Positions 59,991 to 64,000 of a DNA stretch of 64,000 nt are shown here, in pieces. The notes under the pieces were generated by a model. The model searched no databases and had not been told where the DNA came from. It saw nothing but the letters and a program-made list of their open reading frames with translations. The stretch is from Nanobdellota archaeon (GTDB lineage: Archaea > Nanobdellota > Nanobdellia > Woesearchaeales > UBA11576), in NCBI GenBank assembly GCA_042576705.1, contig JBHPEY010000003.1, positions 3,438 through 67,437 of the forward strand, in the 5' to 3' direction. Both the position numbers and the translations under genes were made by a program. The first letter of the stretch is position 1. Each line of letters begins with the position of its first letter.

Positions 59991-60784
59991 TACCCTATGT
60001 AGCTCATCTCTTTCTGTACGCGGTTCTGCAGCTTCTTGAGTGCCTGCTTCTTAGAAATCTTGCCCAGCTCCTGGGTCTTTGTGAGGATCTCTGTCTCTAT
60101 GTCCTCTATCTCCTTGTCCAGGTCGCTTATCTTTATGTTCAGCGTGAGTTTCTTGTTGAGTGTCTTGACGGTCTCTCGGGCGCCTTTTATGCCGAGGTAT
60201 GCAGGGTGGCCTAATGTCTCTGCAAGGAGGCAGACTGCAGGGATCTTTTTTCTCTCTGCGAGGCCGACGAGAAGTCCGCTTACTCCTATTATCGGGCCTA
60301 CTATGCCGTACAGTTTCTCGTTTATCTTCAGGCCTTTCTGGAACTTTGCGATTATCTCTTTTGAGTTGCCTGTGACAAAGACCTGCGGCTTCTTCGGGAC
60401 CTCTGCAAGACCTATGCCGCCCAGTGTGATTATCAGTTCTACGCCCAGCTTTTTTGCTGTGTCAAGCAGTGCTTCGCAGAACTCGTATGAGCTGGCCTCA
60501 TCTGCGGGCTGGACATCACCTGTCAGGATGAGGAGGTCACCTTTGCCGTTGCGCTTTTTCATGTACATCTCTATCGTCGGCAGCTCTATCAGGTTCTTGT
60601 CATTGACAAAGACTGAGTTCGGCAGGTCGTGTGAGAACAGGTTGTATAGAGGTTTTGCATTCACCTCATCGATTATGAAATCTGCTGCTATCTTGCCTAC
60701 GTTGGCTATGCCTGGCAGGCCCACTATCAGAATCGGTCTTGTTAGCTTAGGTGCTTTCTTTGAAATCTGCTCGAATTTCCACAT
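59990..60784 (-). CDS. PAC2-family proteasome assembly chaperone (PbaA/B-like)
   Basis: ILIVGLPGIANVG...LILTGD...GIVGPIIGVSG pattern. Confidence 0.6.
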   Translation of the reverse strand: MWKFEQISKKAPKLTRPILIVGLPGIANVGKIAADFIIDEVNAKPLYNLFSHDLPNSVFVNDKNLIELPTIEMYMKKRNGKGDLLILTGDVQPADEASSYEFCEALLDTAKKLGVELIITLGGIGLAEVPKKPQVFVTGNSKEIIAKFQKGLKINEKLYGIVGPIIGVSGLLVGLAERKKIPAVCLLAETLGHPAYLGIKGARETVKTLNKKLTLNIKISDLDKEIEDIETEILTKTQELGKISKKQALKKLQNRVQKEMSYIG

Positions 60785-60786
60785 CT

Positions 60787-60966
60787 TTATAGTATGCCCT
60801 CTTTCTTCAGCTGTTCCTTCTTTGCTTCACGTCGGTATTTTCCGTATGGGTCCTCTGGTGAGTATTTTGCCGGCAGCGGCGGGATTGTCTTTACCTTGCA
60901 GTCTGCACACTCAGGTCTCATCGTGTACTTCCTGCACTTCGGGCACTTCAGAATGTGATTTGTCAT
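60787..60966 (-). CDS. nop10: H/ACA ribonucleoprotein subunit Nop10
   Basis: MTNHILKCPKCRKYTMRPECADCKVKTIPPLPAKYSPEDPYGKYRR. Confidence 0.8.
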   Translation of the reverse strand: MTNHILKCPKCRKYTMRPECADCKVKTIPPLPAKYSPEDPYGKYRREAKKEQLKKEGIL

Positions 60967-60979
60967 TTTAGTATGTGCT

Positions 60980-61783
60980 TTATGCAGAAGCCTTCTTCTG
61001 CTGTTTCTTCTCAACTCGCTGGAAGCTGAATTCGCACTCTCTTTTCTTCGCTGCTTTCTCTATATTCTCTGTCGCTGTCTCCATTATCTTTTCTGCATCC
61101 TTATAATTATCATAATTGACTGTGATCGAGTAGCTGCCGCCGCCTTTGTATCTTATCTTGACAGAATCGTCTTTTGCTCCTGCAGCAAGAATATCTTTCA
61201 CCAGATTGACACCCTCAGGATCATAGGTCTTCAGCTTTATCTCACCCTCAATCTCCACTTCGGGCGGTTTTATCCTCTGCCTGATGACCTCTGCAAGCTT
61301 GTCGAAGATCTTCTTGTCCAGCTTCAGGTTGGTCAGGGCTGTGTCGTCGATGATGAATTCCTCGAACATGTCGTGCAGCGAGGCATATTCCTTTGTGCTC
61401 TCCTTCAGCAGTTCCTCATGGAGTTTGTCCTTGTCTATCTTCAGCTGCTGGGCTACAAACTCCACTATCTTCTCTGCCTTCTGGTCCTTTTTTATGATCT
61501 CGGCCTTCTCTTTCTTCTGGCCTTCGCTGACCCGTCTCAATGAGAGGTCTATATGGCCGCGCTCGAGGTCAATCTTCAGGACCTTGCAGATCACTTTCTT
61601 ACCGATCCTCACGTAGTCGTTGATGTTCCTGATCCTTCCAGGAGATATCTCAGAAATATGTATCATTCCCTGTTTGTTCTCATAGTCGTCGATGTTCGCG
61701 AACACGCAATGAGGATATATCTTGGTTACTGTACAGAGAACAAGTTCTGCTTCTTCAGGCATGCCCTGCTTTTTCTTGATCAT
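60980..61783 (-). CDS. eif2a: translation initiation factor 2 alpha subunit (aIF2-alpha)
   Basis: S1 domain (GMIHISEISPGRIRNINDYVRIGKKVICKVLKID), then helical and alpha-beta domains. Confidence 0.85.
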   Translation of the reverse strand: MIKKKQGMPEEAELVLCTVTKIYPHCVFANIDDYENKQGMIHISEISPGRIRNINDYVRIGKKVICKVLKIDLERGHIDLSLRRVSEGQKKEKAEIIKKDQKAEKIVEFVAQQLKIDKDKLHEELLKESTKEYASLHDMFEEFIIDDTALTNLKLDKKIFDKLAEVIRQRIKPPEVEIEGEIKLKTYDPEGVNLVKDILAAGAKDDSVKIRYKGGGSYSITVNYDNYKDAEKIMETATENIEKAAKKRECEFSFQRVEKKQQKKASA

Positions 61784-61785
61784 CC

Positions 61786-61974
61786 TTACTCAAGCACCTC
61801 AAGAATCCTTGCTTTGACCTTGGACTTTCCACCAGTGGATTCTGCGAGAGGCTTGTCACAGACAAGGCATTTTACATCTGTAGAAGTCTTGCCGAACATT
61901 ATCTGCTCGTTCTTGCATTTAGGACAACGGATCTTTATGAACTTGCTTGTTGGTTCTTTGAGAGATTTTGCCAT
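61786..61974 (-). CDS. rps27e: ribosomal protein S27e
   Basis: FIKIRCPKCKNEQIMFGKTSTDVKCLVCDK zinc finger. Confidence 0.85.
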   Translation of the reverse strand: MAKSLKEPTSKFIKIRCPKCKNEQIMFGKTSTDVKCLVCDKPLAESTGGKSKVKARILEVLE

Positions 61975-61983
61975 TTTGTAACC

Positions 61984-62295
61984 TTATTTCAATTCAACTT
62001 TCTTAGCCCTCACACCTTTCTTCTGGGCATGGGTCTTCTTGCATTCTTTGCACTGGTATCGGAGGTCTGTCTTCTTGCTTGACTTCTTCCCAGTCATCTT
62101 GAAGCTGCCTATCGGAGGCTTTGATCCCCTGGTGCCAAGGTTGCCGTGTCCTTTACCGAAGCCGCGCCTCTTCTTGCCTGACTTGCTCAGCGGCCTGACT
62201 GAGAACGGGGTCTTCTTCTTTGCCTGGCTTACCTTGTGCTCTGTGTGCTTCTTGCAAAACGGGCACAGCCTTTTCATCAGCTTTGGGATCTTCAT
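61984..62295 (-). CDS. rpl44e: ribosomal protein L44e
   Basis: CPFCKKHTEHKV...KGHGNLGTRGSKPP...YQCKECKK. Confidence 0.85.
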   Translation of the reverse strand: MKIPKLMKRLCPFCKKHTEHKVSQAKKKTPFSVRPLSKSGKKRRGFGKGHGNLGTRGSKPPIGSFKMTGKKSSKKTDLRYQCKECKKTHAQKKGVRAKKVELK

Positions 62296-62333
62296 TCAAT
62301 GCACCTGATATGATATAATCGTTGAGGCGAGCA

Positions 62334-63086
62334 TTAGTTTATAAGCTCTTCGGCCTGCTTTTTATCGAGCAAAACGCTTACGAGCTCGTTTGGAAGCGAT
62401 ATTACGGCTCCTTCATCGAAAGGCCCGTAAATCTGCAGGTCAGGACCTACAATCTCGCCAATTGCAGTCAAAAACCTCACCTGTTTGGTATTTTCCTGTT
62501 TTTCAGTTGAATCCAGGGTTGTTTTTAACTCTTTCGGTTGTTCAAGGCTCTGGGAGGCAGTCTCAGGGCCTGTCTGGGGCTCATCGCAAGGAGGCTTATC
62601 AGGCATCATATCTGTCTTACTGCTTCTGAGCTTTGATAATAAGTTATCATGCAGGGAATCCATCTCAGGCAGCTCACAGCAGGCAAGCTTGAAAAGTATA
62701 TTCTGCCTGAATTCAGAGAGCACAGTGCTGGCAGAGTCGAAAAGCAGCTTTTCAGAAGGGAGCATGTTGGCTGTGTTGACAAGGGTTACGCCTGTCCTTG
62801 CCTTGCTCAGCGCGACATTGATTATCTTCTTCTCTCTCCTGTCGTACAGCTCTTTGAGTATCCGCTTTATGTTCTCGAACTCCAGGCGGGACTTCTCTTT
62901 CTCATCTGCTGCGAATAGGGTGTTCTGGCTCTCGGTGTTCTCAAAACTACTCTTCTTCTCATTCAGGTATTCGAGGACATCCTTGAAGAAGGTCGCGTCC
63001 AGTTTCTGGAGGTCTTCGCGATTCTTCTCTATCCTAAGAAGCTCGAACAAGGTCTCGTAAGTGATTACCACGTCTTTTTCGCTCAT
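62334..63086 (-). CDS. GINS-subunit-like protein (Gins51/Gins15 type)
   Basis: Helical N-domain (ITYETLFELLRIEKN...FFKDVLEYL) and beta-rich C-domain. Position upstream of L44e-S27e-eIF2a-Nop10 is typical. Confidence 0.4.
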   Translation of the reverse strand: MSEKDVVITYETLFELLRIEKNREDLQKLDATFFKDVLEYLNEKKSSFENTESQNTLFAADEKEKSRLEFENIKRILKELYDRREKKIINVALSKARTGVTLVNTANMLPSEKLLFDSASTVLSEFRQNILFKLACCELPEMDSLHDNLLSKLRSSKTDMMPDKPPCDEPQTGPETASQSLEQPKELKTTLDSTEKQENTKQVRFLTAIGEIVGPDLQIYGPFDEGAVISLPNELVSVLLDKKQAEELIN

Positions 63087-63205
63087 ATAATACCCCCTAA
63101 GGTGATGGAAATGTTGTCTGTTTTTATAGTTTGCTTTTGGTTATTAAAGCAAAACTATAGAGGGAAACATGGGTTTTATAAATCATATTGAAAATATCCT
63201 TTTGC

Positions 63206-64000
63206 ATGGCAAAGCTTGAATTTGAGGATATACGTTTTGATGCGGATCCTGATGATGGCAGAGTGCGGCTTGTGTTCATGAAGGTATTTGAGATGTTTAT
63301 CGATGCTTCTGCGCTTGAGAAAGTGGGTGAGTATTCTATCGGCGAGCATCATGTTGATTTTCCTGAGCTGTCTGAGAAATCTGCGAGCAACAAGTTCATG
63401 CAGCTGTTGGATCATGCTTTCTTGGGTCTTCGGAGTGTGTTGACCGGGCGTCGGGCTGTGTATGTGCATCAGCATTCTGGGATTCCGCTTATCGGGTCGC
63501 TTTATTTTGGGTTGGTGGACCGTGGTACTAATATGCTTGAGGTGAAACCCATCACTGGATGTAATATCGACTGCAGTTTCTGCTCTGTGGGTGAAGGGAA
63601 ATCGTCTAAGCGTCTGGTTGATTTTGTCGTCGAGACAGACTATCTTGTTTCCGAGACACGGAAGCTTGTCGATTATAAGTGTGCTGGTGGTTGTAAGATA
63701 GATGTGTTCATCAACACGCATGGTGAGCCTCTGCTTTATGCTGGTATGATTGATCTTGTGCGTGGGTTGTGTGGGATCTCTGGTGTGGGTGTGGTGTCTA
63801 TCATCACTAATGGGACTTTGTTGTCTGAGAAGATGGTGGATGAGCTCGTCGATGCCGGGCTTAGCCAGTTGAATATCTCTATCAATGCGTTTTCTGCTGA
63901 TAAGGCGAAAGAGCTTGCTGGAATCGGGTCTTATGATGTGGAGCGTGTCAAGTCTGTGGCTAAATATGCTGCGGAAAAGATTAAAGTGGTGGTGGCGCCT
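63206..64000 (+). CDS. radical SAM domain protein; C-terminus beyond the window
   Basis: My own translation from the ATG at 63206 reads ...KPITGCNIDCSFCSV (CxxxCxxC) and IITNGTLL. It is absent from the ORF track because it has no stop in the window. Confidence 0.55.
   Translation, partial: MAKLEFEDIRFDADPDDGRVRLVFMKVFEMFIDASALEKVGEYSIGEHHVDFPELSEKSASNKFMQLLDHAFLGLRSVLTGRRAVYVHQHSGIPLIGSLYFGLVDRGTNMLEVKPITGCNIDCSFCSVGEGKSSKRLVDFVVETDYLVSETRKLVDYKCAGGCKIDVFINTHGEPLLYAGMIDLVRGLCGISGVGVVSIITNGTLLSEKMVDELVDAGLSQLNISINAFSADKAKELAGIGSYDVERVKSVAKYAAEKIKVVVAP

Overview
The window reads as a DPANN-like, reduced-genome archaeal chromosome segment with dense coding on both strands. Archaeal identity rests on Kae1, aIF6, eIF2-alpha, Nop10, S27e, L44e, prefoldin, an archaeal-type Lon, a GINS-like protein, an archaeal 16S terminus and intron-bearing tRNAs. 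Annotated content: (i) a non-oxidative pentose-phosphate block (tal-tkt-rpe-rpiB); (ii) an oxidative-stress block (Fur/PerR, glutaredoxin, thioredoxin reductase, desulfoferrodoxin, plus a rubredoxin-FTR fusion, a thioredoxin-like protein with a Cys-rich secreted peptide, and Ogg2); (iii) a minus-strand rRNA operon, 16S - tRNA-Ala (two non-canonical introns) - 23S, with a ~107-nt insertion in the universally conserved 790-loop of the 16S; (iv) a tRNA-rich islet holding tRNA-Glu, a three-intron tRNA-Ile(UAU), tRNA-Gly and tRNA-Val, with a two-gene DprA-like + HAD/PRTase operon and duplicated tRNA 3'-ends; (v) translation and chromosome housekeeping genes (LonB, Kae1, a long RelA/SpoT homologue, aIF6, prefoldin, FtsY with a huge acidic N-domain, ScpA, Nop10-eIF2alpha-S27e-L44e, GINS-like); (vi) a 1,590-aa acidic repeat protein; and (vii) a glycolysis and peptide-ligase neighbourhood (TreT, GATase1 + GCS2 ligase + C39-like peptidases, bacterial-type iPGM, HtrA, enolase, PP2C). 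Intergenic regions carry a family of TIR-bounded palindromic elements (about 120-190 bp) whose copies show compensatory base changes. The strongest candidate for an undescribed system is the membrane-anchored DprA-like protein translationally coupled to a HAD-phosphatase/ComF-type PRTase fusion beside the intron-rich tRNA-Ile gene.
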